This document shows, piece by piece, positions 47,264-58,967 of a DNA stretch of 64,000 bases. Position 1 is the stretch's first letter; each line of letters begins with the position of its first letter. A program made the translations under genes and the position numbers. This stretch comes from Scenedesmus sp. PABB004 (Eukaryota), in NCBI GenBank assembly GCA_014905635.1, contig JABVCE010000013.1:1-64000 (forward strand), read 5' to 3'. The notes below the pieces were generated by a model that worked only from the letters and a program-made list of their open reading frames with translations, was not told where the DNA came from and did no database searches.

Positions 47264-49167
47264 TCAGGGCTTCTTCAGCAAGAAGTCTGGCAGCTCCGTG
47301 ACCGCCTCGACCGCGCTCTGGTTCCACCACGCGCCCTCCAGGCCGTCGTAGCTCAGGCCCTCGTCCACCACGCTCAGCCCGCCGCCGCCGCCGCCGAGGC
47401 GCAGCGCGTCGCTGCCACAGCCGCCGTACGGCGGCGGCGGCCCGCTGGGCGCGGGCGCGCTGGCAGCGCCGGCAGCGGCGCCCCCGCTCCCGGGCTCCGC
47501 GTCCGCGCCTGGCTCGGGCGCCGCGCCCGCCGCGGCGGCGCCCGCGCCCGCCACGGCCGCGGCCATGGCGGCATACTCGGCGTCGCTAGGGCAGGCGCAG
47601 CCGAGCGCGCCGCCGCTGGCGTCGCGCTTGAGCGCGTGCAGCTGCTCCCGCGCCGACTCGAGCAGGCCCTGCATCTCGCGCCCGCGCAGCCGCAGCGCCG
47701 CCAGCGCCTCGCCGCAGCAAAAGCGCGCCTCGAGGCCCTCCACCAGGCCGAGCAGGCACGCGAGCTCGTCGCCCGCGTCGGTGGCGTCCGCCGCGTCGGC
47801 GAGCGCCGCGCCGCCGGCGCCGGCCAGCACGCCGCCGAGCTCGCCCGCGGCGCCGGCCGCCGCCGCCTTGCGCACGAGGGCCAGCAGCAGCACGAGGCGC
47901 TGCTTGGTGTCGCACAGCTCCGCCTGCAGCGCCTCGCGCTCGCTAGTCGCCTTGAGCAGCTCCAGGCCGGCGCTCGGCTCCTCGCCCTCCTCCGCGGCCG
48001 CAAGCTTGTCTGGCTGCTTTGCCTGCGCCGCCGCCGGCAGCTCGCCCTGTGCAGCCGGAGCAGGCACGGGCTGCAGCGCGGCCAGCTGCTGCTGCAGCGC
48101 CGCCGCCTCGCGGCGAGCCTCTGCCAGCTGCTCCTCCGCGGTGGTCGCCCGGGCAGCCGCAGCGGCTTCGCCGCTGGCCGCCGCGTCGGCCGGCCGCTCT
48201 GCCGCCGCACGCGCCGCCTCCAGCGCGGCCGCTGCCTCCGCCCGGGCCGCCAGCGACCGCTGCAGCTCGCCGTCGAGGCTCTGCAGCTCGCCTCTGAGCA
48301 GGGCCAGCTGCGCAGCCAGCGCGTCGCGCTCCGTGGCGGCCGCCCGCTCCGCCGCGCGCGCCTCGTCCGCCGACGCCTGCAGCGCCGCCAGCTGCTCCTG
48401 CAGCTGCTCGTCCGCCGGCTGCACGGGCGGCGCCGCTCGCTCCTCTGAGTGCTGCTGCGCGCCGGGCTGCTGCTGCTGCGCCGCCAGGGCCTGGCGCAGC
48501 TCCCTGACCTCCGCCTCGCGCGCCAGCAGCTCCTCCTGCGCCTCCGTCAGCGCCGACTGGCTCTCGTGCAGCCAGCCGCGCAGCTGCTCGGCGGCCGCCT
48601 GGTCGGGCGTGAGCAGCGACACGCCGGCCTTGCCCCCGGCCGCTTGCCGCGGCGCTTCGGCGTGACAAAGCCCGGGCCGTCCGCATCGCTGGCGGCGGCC
48701 GCCGCCACCGCCGCGGCGGCGCCGCCGCCTGCTGCTGCAGGCACGGCGCCGCCGCTCGCCGCGTCGGCGTCAGCGGCGCCGGCGCCCGCGCCGCCGCCGG
48801 CGCCGCCGCCGCCGCCGTCGGCGGTGTGCGAGGGGCTGCTGAACGCGGAGCCGCCGGGGCTGAGCGCCGCGCGCCAGCCGCCGGGCAGGCCCGCGGAGAG
48901 CTGGTTGAGCGCGCCCTCCGCCTCCAGCAGGCGGTCCTGCAGGCCCGCGATCTCCGCGCGGTGCCCCCGCTCCGCGCCGCGCAGCTCCGCGAGCTCGGCG
49001 TCGCGCAGCTGCAGCGCCTCCGCCTGGCGCGCGAGCTCCGCGCGGCTCTCCGCGAGCTGCTGCTGCAGCTGCGCCTGGGCCGGCGGCGGTGCCGCCGGCT
49101 GCACTGCGCCGGCGAGCAGCTGCCGCGTCTTCACCTGCTTGGCCGAAATCGTCGCCAGCAGCAGCCT

Positions 49168-49198
<31 letters not shown>

Positions 49199-49630
49199 TC
49201 GGGGTGGTCGGCACGCTGCGCCGGCGGGCGCCGCGCGCTGCGTCGGGTGCTGCGCGCGCGCTGCGCGCCTGATGCTGGCGTTGGCCTCGCCCTGCGCCGC
49301 GCCGTGCTGCTGCAGGAGCGCGCCGAGCGCCGCCACGCGCGCCGCGACCGGTCGCAGGCGCTCGTCGCGGTCGGCCGGCGCGCGGACATCGTCGACGGCC
49401 GCGCTCTGATGCTGCGGCTGCGTCTGAGGCTGCTCGCCGAACACGTCCCCCAGCGGATCCGCGGGCGCCGGCGCCTGCGGCGCGCCGTCCGCTGCGCCGC
49501 CGCTGCTGTCGCCGAAGCTCGCAAACGGGTCGTCCGCCGCCTGCTGCGCCTGGTGCTGCTGATCCTCCCGAGGGGAGCCGCAGGACGCGGCCCAGTCGTC
49601 CAGGTCGAAGAGCTGCTGCTCCCCAGCCAT
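47264..49630 (-). CDS. Hypothetical coiled-coil protein
   Basis: MAGEQQLFDLDDW; GC-AG intron ~49268-49166; long E/Q/A/L heptad stretches; apparent 1-nt frameshift in the C5 run at 48633-48637. Confidence 0.6.
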
Positions 49631-49957
49631 CCCGGCAGGCGTTTGAGGCCCGCCGCGGCCGGGCCGGCGCCGGGCGGGCGCCGGAGGGCAGCACGGGTCG
49701 CGGGCGGTCGAGGGGGTCAGGCCTAGCGCGCGCTCCGGCCTGCTGCTGCTGGCGAGAGTCGGTTGCCGAGCCCGACTCAAGACGTGGTGCAGCAGCCCAG
49801 CGCACGCTCGGGGTGGTAGCAGTGGCTCGAGCACGCTCACTCAACGACACCAGCGGCGGCGGCGGCGGCGGCGTTGCGCCGCCGGGGCGCAGGGCGCGGC
49901 AACCGCAGGCGGCCGGTGCGACGCCCGCGTCCTGACGGGACGCCCGGACGCGACTCT

Positions 49958-50023
49958 CGGCCGGGACGTCCGGGACGCCCGGCCGGGATGTCCGGGACGC
50001 CCGGCCGGGATGTCCGGGACGCT
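49958..50023. repeat. Three tandem 22-bp units CGGCCGGGAYGTCCGGGACGCY
   Basis: Units at 49958-49979, 49980-50001 and 50002-50023, with a degenerate copy just upstream. Intergenic. Confidence 0.9.
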
Positions 50024-50278
50024 CGGGCCCGTGCGGGCGGCGCTGGCGCCGCCGCCAGCGCGGTCAGGCGTCTAACTGGATCACGGTCGCGTGCGACCAG
50101 GTCGCGATGGGTGGGGCCTGACACATTGACGGCGTATGTTGCAACGCGCTGCTGGCGCGAGAAACACAGGCGCCCCCGCCGGCCACTCAACTCGGTCAAA
50201 ACGCGCGCCCCGCGCCCGCGCCGGCGTCAGCAGTCTTGATCGCCCGCAGCAATCGACAGCCTCCTCCGCGCACAGCGC

Positions 50279-53225
50279 TCACAGCGGCGCGGCGTGCAGC
50301 GCGTGGACCTGGCACGCGGGGAGGGCCGCCGCCACGCGCTCGACGAGCGCCGCCAGCGCGTCGCCGGCGGCGGGGCCCTCCAGCCCGAGCGCGACCCACT
50401 CCAGCCCGCGCATGCCCGCCACCCATGCGCCGAGCTCGCGCGCCGCCGCGGCGGGCGCGTCGGCGGCGACCGCGAGCGTGAGCTTGCGCAGGCACGGCAG
50501 GCCGCCGATGGCGGCGCGCGCCGCGGCGCCGAGCGCGCGGTCGCCCACCACCAGGCTCAGCTCCTCCAGCCCGCGCGCGCCGCCGAGCACCGCGAGGCCG
50601 GCGCCCTCGGCGAGGCCGGCGCCCATGCTGCTCAGGCCGGGCCCGCCCGCGTGGCTGCCGCGGCCGCCGGGCCCGCCGCCGCCGAGCAGCGCGTCGCCGA
50701 GCAGGCCCGCGAGCGACGCGCTGCCCATGCCCTGCAGGCTGAAGCTGCCCACGCTGCCCATGCTCTGCAGCGTGTGACCCACGCTGCTCGCGGACGCGCG
50801 CCAGCCGTCCAGCACGCTGCCCGCGCGCGCCGCGGCGCCGCCGGCGCTGCCGGAGCCCGCCGAGCCCGAGGGGCAGCCGCCGCGCGGCAGCGACAGGCTG
50901 TTGGCGCGCGACAGCGCGCCCGCCGTGGCCACGCCGGCGGTGGCGGCCACGGTCGCGACGGTCACGCCGCTCACGGGCACGCCTGCCGCCGCCGCGACGG
51001 GCCCGGCCGCGGCCGCGGCGGCCGCCGCCGCCGCCGCGCCGGCCGTCCAAAAGCTGCTCAGCAGGGCGCTCTTGGCGCGGCCGCTGGCGCTCGGCGCCGC
51101 GCTGCCGGCGCCGCCGCCGCTGCCGGCGCCGCCGCCGCTGCCGGCGGCGCCGCCGCCGCCGCCGCGGAGGATGCTCGCCAGCCTGCCGCCGCCGCTCGCG
51201 CTCGGCCGGGCGCCCGCGCAGCCGGCCGCCGCGGCGCACGGCACCACGGTCAGCGGCCGGCTGAGCTGGCTGAGGTTGTCCGCGACGTTGGCGCTCAGCC
51301 GCGTGAGGCTGCCGCCACACGCCGCGACCGCGCCCGCCAGCTGCTGCGCCGTCACCAGCGGGTGCGCGACCTCCAGCGCCGCGAGGCCGCGCAGCAGCGC
51401 CGCGCCCGGCAGCGGCGGCGGGCGCTGCAGCTGCGTGGACGTGTCGGGGCTGTAGCGCAGCGTTAGCTCGCGCAGCGCGCACGCCCCGCCGCCGTCGCCG
51501 CCGGGGTCGCTGCCGCGCGCGCCGCGGGCGTCCGCGCCGTGCGCCGGCGGCGGCCGGAAGAGCAGCTCGCGTCCCTCGAGCTGCCGCAGCGACCGCGGGA
51601 GGTCGGCCGCCCACACCTCCACGCCCTTGCGCCCGTCGAGCAGCGGCCCGTCCTCCTCGCTCAGGCCGGCGTCGCCCGCGCGGCGCGCGGCGCCGGCGCA
51701 CCAGGGCTTGAGGCTCAGCGCGGTGAGGCCGCGGAAGCAGGCCAGCCCCGCGGAGCCGTCGAGCAGCGTGACGCGCAGGCACAGCCGCGACAGCCCCGGC
51801 CACGCCGCCGCGCACGCCGCGACGTCCTCCTTGCACATCAGCACCGGCCCCGACAGGCTCAGCGAGCGCAGCCTCGTGAGCGCGGACAGCGACTGCACGC
51901 TCGCGCCGCCGGGGAGGTCCTGGCCGCCCGCGGCCGGCGGGTTCCACACGGCGACGGAGAGCGCGGACAGGCGCGTCAGCGCCGCCAGCTGCGGCAGCAG
52001 CTCCAGCGGCATGTTGTCCAGCCGCAGCTCCTCCAGCTGCGTCGCCAGCGCGAGCGACCTGCGGCCGCGGCCGCGACGGCGGGGGCGGCGGCAGGTGCAC
52101 GTGCGTCGGCGCGAGGCGCCGGGCGTCGGCGCCAGCCGCGCGCGGGCGGCGCCCTGCGCCCGCTGCCGCGCCCCCGCCGCCGCGCCGCCGCCCGGGCCGC
52201 TGCCGCACCTGGCCTGGTTCTCGGCCAGCGGCGCCAGCTGCAGCAGCGTCAGGCGGCGCAGGCTGGCGAGGCGGAAGAGCCCGCGCAGGCTGGGCGTCGG
52301 CACGCGCGCGAGCGTGAGGCTCGCGAGGCGGGCGCAGCCGGGCAGCAGCTCCTCGGACGCGAAGCACACGCCGGTGGAGAGCTCGGCCATGCCCGTGTAC
52401 CGGACCTCGAGCTGCGTCAGCGCCGACAGGGCGCCCAGGCAGTCGAGCGCGAGCGGCTCCGCGAGGCAGCCGTCGACGGCGCGGAAGGACAGCGCGAGGC
52501 TGCGCAGCTGCGGCATGCGCGCGAGTGCCGCCACGTGCGCCTGCTGCAGCTTGGCGCTCGCGCCGCTGGTGACGGCCAGCTCGCGCACGTGCGCCAGGCC
52601 CGCCAGGCCCGCCAGGCCGTCCGCGGCGGGCGGCAGCCGCGCGTCGCGCAGCTCCAGCGCCGCGACGGCCGCGGGCAGGCGCGCGAGGCCGGCCAGCAGC
52701 GGGCCCCAGCCGCCGCCGCCCAGCCGCGACACCGTGACGCGGCGCAGCGCGGCGACGCCGCCCAGCACGTCCACGGCCGCCGCGACGCCCCCGGCGTCGG
52801 GGTCGCGGCCCGGGTCGGCCTCCAGCAGCGCGTGCCGGAACGACTCGTACGCCGCGACCAGGCGCGCCAGCTCCGCCGCCTGGCGCGGCCCCGGGGCGCC
52901 GCCCCACAGCTCCAGCGGCAGCTGCACGCTGTTCACGCCCGCCGCCAGCTCCGCCGCCCACTCCCGGCAGACGAGGCGCGCGAGGCGCACGTCGGACAGC
53001 GGCAGCCGCGGCTTGATGCCCTGCGCGGCGCGCGCGCGGCGGCGGCGGGCGTGAGCGCGCGCGGACGCTCGCGGCGCGGCGGACCAGGGCCACGCGACCC
53101 CGGGCGGGGCGCGCCGCGCCTCCACTCGCGCGCCCGGCGCCCGCGAGCGCGCGCTGAGCCGCCCGTGCCTGCAGCACGATCAGGGGGACCGGCACCGCCT
53201 GCTTGGCGTCCGGGGCGCCCTCCAT
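50279..53225 (-). CDS. F-box-like / leucine-rich repeat (RNI-like) protein, 3 exons
   Basis: VPLIVLQGIKPRLPLSDVRLARLVCREW (F-box-like, joined across a GC-AG intron); LxxLxL repeats MPQLRSLAL, LTQLEV, LRRLTL, LEELRL, LTRLRSLSL, LRKLTL. Confidence 0.65.
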
Positions 53226-53690
53226 GGCCGACGCCAGCGCGGCGCCTCGCTGGCGCGGCCGGCGCGCGCGCAGGCGGCTGGCAATCGCTCGCGGGCCGTG
53301 CCGCGCCGGCGTGCGAGCTCGTGGGCGCTGCGGTCAGCCGCGTCGGGATGCAGCGTCGATCACTGCGCTCGGTGCGGCAGGTCGCGCGATCCAGTTGCCC
53401 GCGGGCGCGGCTGGCTGGTCCGGGAAGCCGAGCTCGAACCCTCGCGCGAAGCCACGCTGCGTGCAGCCGCGCCCCGACGCAGCGCATGGGGTGCCAGAGA
53501 GCTGCCCGAGCTCACGAGCTCGCGCGCCAGGCCTGCCGCCCGCCACGGCGGCGCCGCGCGGGGCGCCGCGCAGCGCACGTGTCGCGTCGCTCAGTCATGC
53601 ACGCTGTTGGTGCACACAGGGAGCAGTCAGTGCCACAGCAGTGCTCCAGGCGGGGTCACCAACCCACCACGCACGCATCCTGCGCAGCGC

Positions 53691-54970
53691 TCACTGCTTG
53701 CCGACCGCGGGGTAGCCGTCAGGGGTCATCACCTCGGGCGGCGCGTACGGCGCGCTCGGCGGCGCCAGCGGCGGCGCCGACGGCGGCGCAAAGGCGCCGG
53801 GCGGCGCCGCGAAGCCGGCCTCCGCCGGCGGCGCGCCGAAGCCGGCGTAGGGGGGCGGGGCGTAGGGGGACGGCGCAGGCGGCGGGGCGAAATAGGGCTG
53901 ACCCCCGGTCGGCGGCGGCGGCTGCGGGGCAGCGCGGGCGGCGGCGGCGGGCAGCGCGGGCGCGCTCAGCGGCCGCGCGCGCTCCGCGGCAGCGACGGGC
54001 GCCTGGGCGCCGCGCCGCGCTCACCATGAGCCCCCCGCCGCCGGCGGGCAGGGGCGCGCCCGCCGCGTGCGGCCAGGCGGCGCCGGGGTGCGGCTGCGCC
54101 GGGGGCGGCGCCTGCGCCTGGCCCCAGCGGTTGATGATCACGGCCGTGGTGGCCGCCGCCGCCACCGCGGGCAGCAGCGGGTCGGTGTGGTGGCGGCGGC
54201 GCCGGCGGCGCCGCCCGCCGCAGCAGTCGCCGCAGCAGCCGCCGCAGCAGTCCTCCTCGTCGGCGAGGAGCGGGACGCAGAACAGGAGGTTGCACGCGTT
54301 GTTGCCGACGGCGAGGCAGGCGGTGCAGGAGGCGATGAGCTCGATCACCGCGGCCGACCACGCGACCGCGACGAGCGCGTGGCGGGCCTGCGCGCGCGGC
54401 AGGCCCCCGACGTCCGCCGCCGCGGCCGCGGCGCTCAGCACGCCCGCACACAGCAGCCACCACAGCGCGTTGAGGGGGGTGAGGAGCGTGTTGCTGAGCG
54501 GGCCAAGGCTCAGGCAGTTGCAGGTGACGCACTGCCGGGCGGGGGGGGGGGGGGGGGAGCCGCTGCTCGGCGCGCTGCTCGAGCAGCGGTGGGGTGCCGG
54601 ACGCGGCGCAGGCGGCCCGCGCGGCGCGCCGCCGCGCACCCGCAGGCAGACCGCCAGCGCCGCGGACGCCAGGCTGACCGCGCCGGCGACGATGGCAAAG
54701 GAGCAGGGCGACGCGCCGCCGCGCGTCGCGCCGAGGTAGCACACAGGCTGCCCGCCCGCCGGGTGCCGCAGCAGCGCGCCCGCGGTGATGCCGATGAGCG
54801 CCGCCGAGCACAGGCACTGCCGGGCGGGCGGGGCAGGGCGGGTGCCGTGTGCCGCGGCCGCTGCTGGCAGCAGCGGCGGCGCGCGCCACGCGGGCGCGGC
54901 ACGCCTGCGGGCTGGCGCTCCGCACCTGCAGCACGGTCGCCAGGACCAGGGTCGGGCTGGCGCGCGCCAT
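53691..54970 (-). CDS. Four-TM (MARVEL-like) membrane protein with Cys string and Pro-rich tail, 4 exons
   Basis: Four hydrophobic segments; [25 protein letters not shown]; last exon PPPPTGGQPYFAPPPAPSPYAPPPYAG...GKQ*. Confidence 0.65.
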
Positions 54971-55321
54971 GAAGCGTGACTGGGGCTGCCGCCGCTGCCG
55001 CCGCGCGGCGGGTTGCTGCCGTCGTCGGTGCGCGGCCTCTCCCTCTGCGTGCTGCTCGAGCGTGCGAGGGCGGCGACTGTGCCTGGCAGGCGGAGCAGCC
55101 GGGTGGGCTGGGCCCGTCAACCCTTGTGCCGCCAGGCGGGCGCCCCACACAGCGCGGCGCCCCCTCACACTGCCCGCCGACGCACCCGTCAGGCTTCCGC
55201 GACCTTGCACGCCTCCGCGGCCCCCGGCGCCGACAGCAGCGGCGCCGACGACAGCAGCAGCGGCGCCGCGCGAGCGCCGACGCCGCGCGAGCGCTGGCGC
55301 CGCGCCAGCTGCGCCGCCACC

Positions 55322-56007
55322 ATGCCCGTGGTGGGTGGCCACAGACACGCTAGCCGCTGCGGCACACGCGCCGCCGCAGCGCTGCGCCACGCCAGCCGCT
55401 GCGGCACGCGCGCTCCGCCGCTGCCGCGCACACGCGTCACGAGCCCGCCCGGCCGCGCTTGCGCGCAGCTGTGCATCGGCCCCGTGTGCATCCCGCTCAA
55501 CCTGCTGCTGCCCTTCCTGCTGGGCATAGCGCACAGGGCGGGCTGGCTGACATGGATCAAGCGCGAGTGGCTCACGCTCGCGTGGTGGCGGTCGCGCCTC
55601 GGGCGCGGGTGCGGGGCGGGCGGCCGCGCTGGCCGCCCTGGAGCGCTGCGGGCCGCTCTGCTCAGCCCGCCGCGCGCCGCGCCGCAGGCGCGATACGGCA
55701 GCCGCCGCCGGCGCCGCAGCTGCGGCGGGCGACGGCGTCTGCAGCACTGCCGACGACGGGCGCAAGGGGCGCGTCGTGTGCGAGGGGGTGAGCAGCGCGG
55801 GGCGGGCGGCGGCCGGGACGGGCGCAGCTGGCGGCCGCGATGCCCACGCGCCCGCGTCGCCCGCGCCGCACCGCGCAGGACGTGTGCCGCTTCGTGCCGA
55901 CGGATGACGCCCGGGGCGGCGGCACGGCGGCGGCCGGCGGCGGCGGAGGCGGGGAAGCGCGGCGGCGAGCGGGCGGCATCGTCGGCGCGCGGGCGACGGA
56001 CTTGTGA
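55322..56007 (+). CDS. Small hypothetical membrane-anchored protein, 4 exons
   Basis: Spliced MPV|LCIGPVCIPLNLLLPFLLGIAHRAGWLTWIKREWLTLAWW...VCEG|DVCRFVP...DL*, using GT-AG introns. Confidence 0.6.
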
Positions 56008-56204
56008 CGGCTGCGGTTCTTCGGCGCGCCGGCGGCGCCGCCGGCTGTCTAGGTCACGGTCCCACGGGACGCCGGCGCCCTGGCCACCCTTGCGAGCCGT
56101 GCGGAGCCGCCACCGTCGGAGGACTTGCCGCAGCAGCAGCACAGCCGCACCGACCACGCCAGCCGGGGCCGCACACAATTGAGGCGTCCTGAGCGTGCGC
56201 TGAG

Positions 56205-57990
56205 ATGCTCCAGCGCCTCCACGGCCGCGCTGCGCGGCCAGCCGGCGCGCAGCGGGCCATCAATGGCGTCGCCGGCCCTCCCCGGCCCGCTGCCGGCGCG
56301 CTGGGTGTCGCCGGCGGTCGCTCCAGCGGCGCTATGCGCCTGGCACCCTCGTGGAGCGACCGCAGCAGCCGGCGCGTCGCAACACGGCCGTACGCGGCCG
56401 CGCCAGAGGTGCGCAGCGCCCGCGTGCCGCGCCGGGGGGCGGCACCAGGCTGCATCGATGCGCCGGGGCGCTTCCAGAAGCTCCGGCACGCCGTGGGGCA
56501 CGCAGCAGCGACCGGCACGCACGCGCGGGTGCCGCCGCCGGTGTGCCGGCGCTGCCCGGCGCTGCTGCTGCCGCGCGCCCACCTGCGTTGCCGCCCCCGC
56601 CCGTCCCGCCCCGCCCGCTCTGACAGGAGCCGTCCAGCAGCAGCGCGTCGCCGGCAGCCGACGCCAGGGCGGCGGCGGCGGAGCAGGAGCAGCCCGCGGC
56701 GGCGGCCGCGCCCGCCGCAGCACTCGGCGGCATCGAGGTGCTGACCGCGACCGAGCCCATCGACCGGCTGCGCTACCAGGCGCTGCTCATCTTTGACGAG
56801 TGGGACGGCGCCCGCGCGGGCCGGCTGAGCGGGCCGCGCCTGGCCGAGTTCTTCGTGTGGTGCTCGCGCAAGGTCTCGTGGTCGCCGGGGCTGGCCGAGG
56901 TGCTGCAGCAGGTCGAGGCCGCGTGGGCGCCGCTCAAGGCCGCGGGGTGCTCGCGGGAGGAGTTTGTGCGCATCGTGCGCGCGCAGGTGCACGCGGTGTC
57001 GCACAGCGCGGCGTACAGCGGGAGCATGATGCGCCCCGACGAGGCGGCGCGCCTGCAGGCGCAGATGTCGCTCAGCCGCACAGAGCTCGCGGCGGCCAAG
57101 TGGATGTTCGGCCTCCTCGACTCGGACAACGACGGTGCGCGCCGCGCCGCGCCGCGCCGCCGGCCGCCGCCGGCCGCCGGCCGCGCCCGCCGGCCGCGCC
57201 CGCCGGTGCCGGCCCGCGCGCACGCACGCCGCCGCCGCCGCCACGCCGCGCCGCGCCGCGTGCAGGCAAGGTGCCGCTGGCGATGTACTCGCGGGCGGCG
57301 GGCATTGAGGCCTACGTGTATGAGGACAAGATCGAGGACGCCGACGCGGGTGGGTGCACACGCGCGCTGGAGGCGCGCCGCCCCGCCCCGCGCGGCCGCC
57401 GGGCCCGGCCCCGGCGGGCGCGGCGCGAGCGCACCCGCGAGCGCCCGCCGCCGCCGGCGCACGCGCGCGCGCAGACGGGGACGGGCAGATCGTGTTTGAG
57501 GAGTTCCTGGTCAGCTACGCAAAGCCCAAGCCGATCGGCAAGAACCTGCTGATCATGGCGGTCAACACCGCGGCGGTCTACCTCATCCTGCAGGCGCCCA
57601 TGCTGGACGTCATGATGAAGGTGCGAGCGAGGGGCGGGCTGTCCGTGTGTGCGTGCGTGTGTGTGCGCGGCTGGCTGTCCCTGTGCGCGCACGCGTGGTG
57701 GGTGGGCGGGTGGGGCCCGCAGCCGGGCGCGGAGCGGCCGGGCAGCCGCTGCAGCCGCTGCAGCCGCTGCAGCCGCCGCGCGCGGCGCGGGCCCTCGCCG
57801 CGAGCCGCGCGCCGCTCACCGCCGGCGGCGCGGCGCGCAGGTGGTGCTCGTGGGCGCGCTGGTGCTGCGGCCGCAGCTGATCAGCCGCCCCGCGGCGCTG
57901 CTGTACGACGCGGTCAAGGCCATCATCGACAACGGCCGCGCGCAGGCGGAGATCGCTAAGGGCAACCGCGGCGTGTGGCGCCCCGCGTGA
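56205..57990 (+). CDS. EF-hand protein with transit-peptide-like N-terminus and C-terminal hydrophobic helices, 5 exons
   Basis: FDEWDGARAGRLS, FGLLDSDNDGKV, DADGDGQIVFEEFL; then LLIMAVNTAAVYLIL and VVLVGALVL. Confidence 0.7.
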
Positions 57991-58967
57991 GGCCGCCGCG
58001 GTGTCGCGCGGCATGTGGCGCCCCGCGTGAGGCCGCCGCGGTGTGTGCAACGCGACGCGCGCCGCGCACTCCGCGAGCAGGCACGCGACGCGCGGTCAAG
58101 CAGCAGACGCAGCAGCGGCAGCAGCAGACGCGGCAGCAGCAGGCACGCAACGCGCACACTCCGCTCGCTGCACCACGGGACGCCGCGCCGCGCGGCCGTG
58201 TGGGCTCATATCAAGTGTAGCTGCGGCCTCACCGCCGGCGCGAGGCGCCGGCTCGGCGCGCATGCGTCGGTTGTAATCACAGCCCGGCGGCGCCCGCGCC
58301 CGCGGCCCGGAGGGCCCCGGCACGGGCGGCGCGGCGGCGCGGCGCGCCCCGCCGCCGGCCCGCGGTGCGCGGCAGCGCGCATCGGAGCGTGTCCTTTCTA
58401 GCGTTGCGGAGTCGTCACCGCCCGCGCGCGGGCGCCGGGAGGGCGGCGGCGGCGCCGCCGGGCCTCCCCACGCCCGCGCGCGGGCTCAGATTTGGCTAGC
58501 CGTCGTCACGCGCGGTGCTGCCGCGCCCGGCGGGCAGCGGCCGGCACACCGCGCGGCCGCGCCGTCGCGGCGCACGCCCGCCCGGCCACCCCAGCCCTCC
58601 CGCGGCTTGCGCCTGCTGCAGCTCTGCTTGAAAACCGGTGCTCATCAGCGCCCGGCGCGGCGGCCGCTGCTGCCGGCGCGTGCCGGCCGCGCGCGGCGCG
58701 CCGCGCGGGCTCAGCCAGCGCTCGGTGTGTCGTCATGCAGGGCCTTGCGCGCGGGAGAGCGGGGGCGCCGCGGGGAGTGGCGTGGGCGGCGGCGCCGTGC
58801 CGGGTGTATTTGCGGCGGCGGCGTCCCGGCGCGCGGCGGCGCAGGGTTCGCGGGGCGCCGGCTGGGGCGGTCCCACGGCTCTGGCACGCTCCCAGGCCTC
58901 ACTCTCGGCCCGCCCGTTCGCCGCCCCCGTGTCCTGTTCGCCCGCGCGGGCGCGCATCAGCGGCACC

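Noticed and set aside
48633..48637. Frameshift in the coiled-coil gene
   Set aside because: Same pattern: one base missing from a C5/G5 run, no slippery heptamer, likely a consensus error.
49958..50023. CRISPR-like array
   Set aside because: The repeats are contiguous with no unique spacers, there are no cas genes, and the context is eukaryotic.
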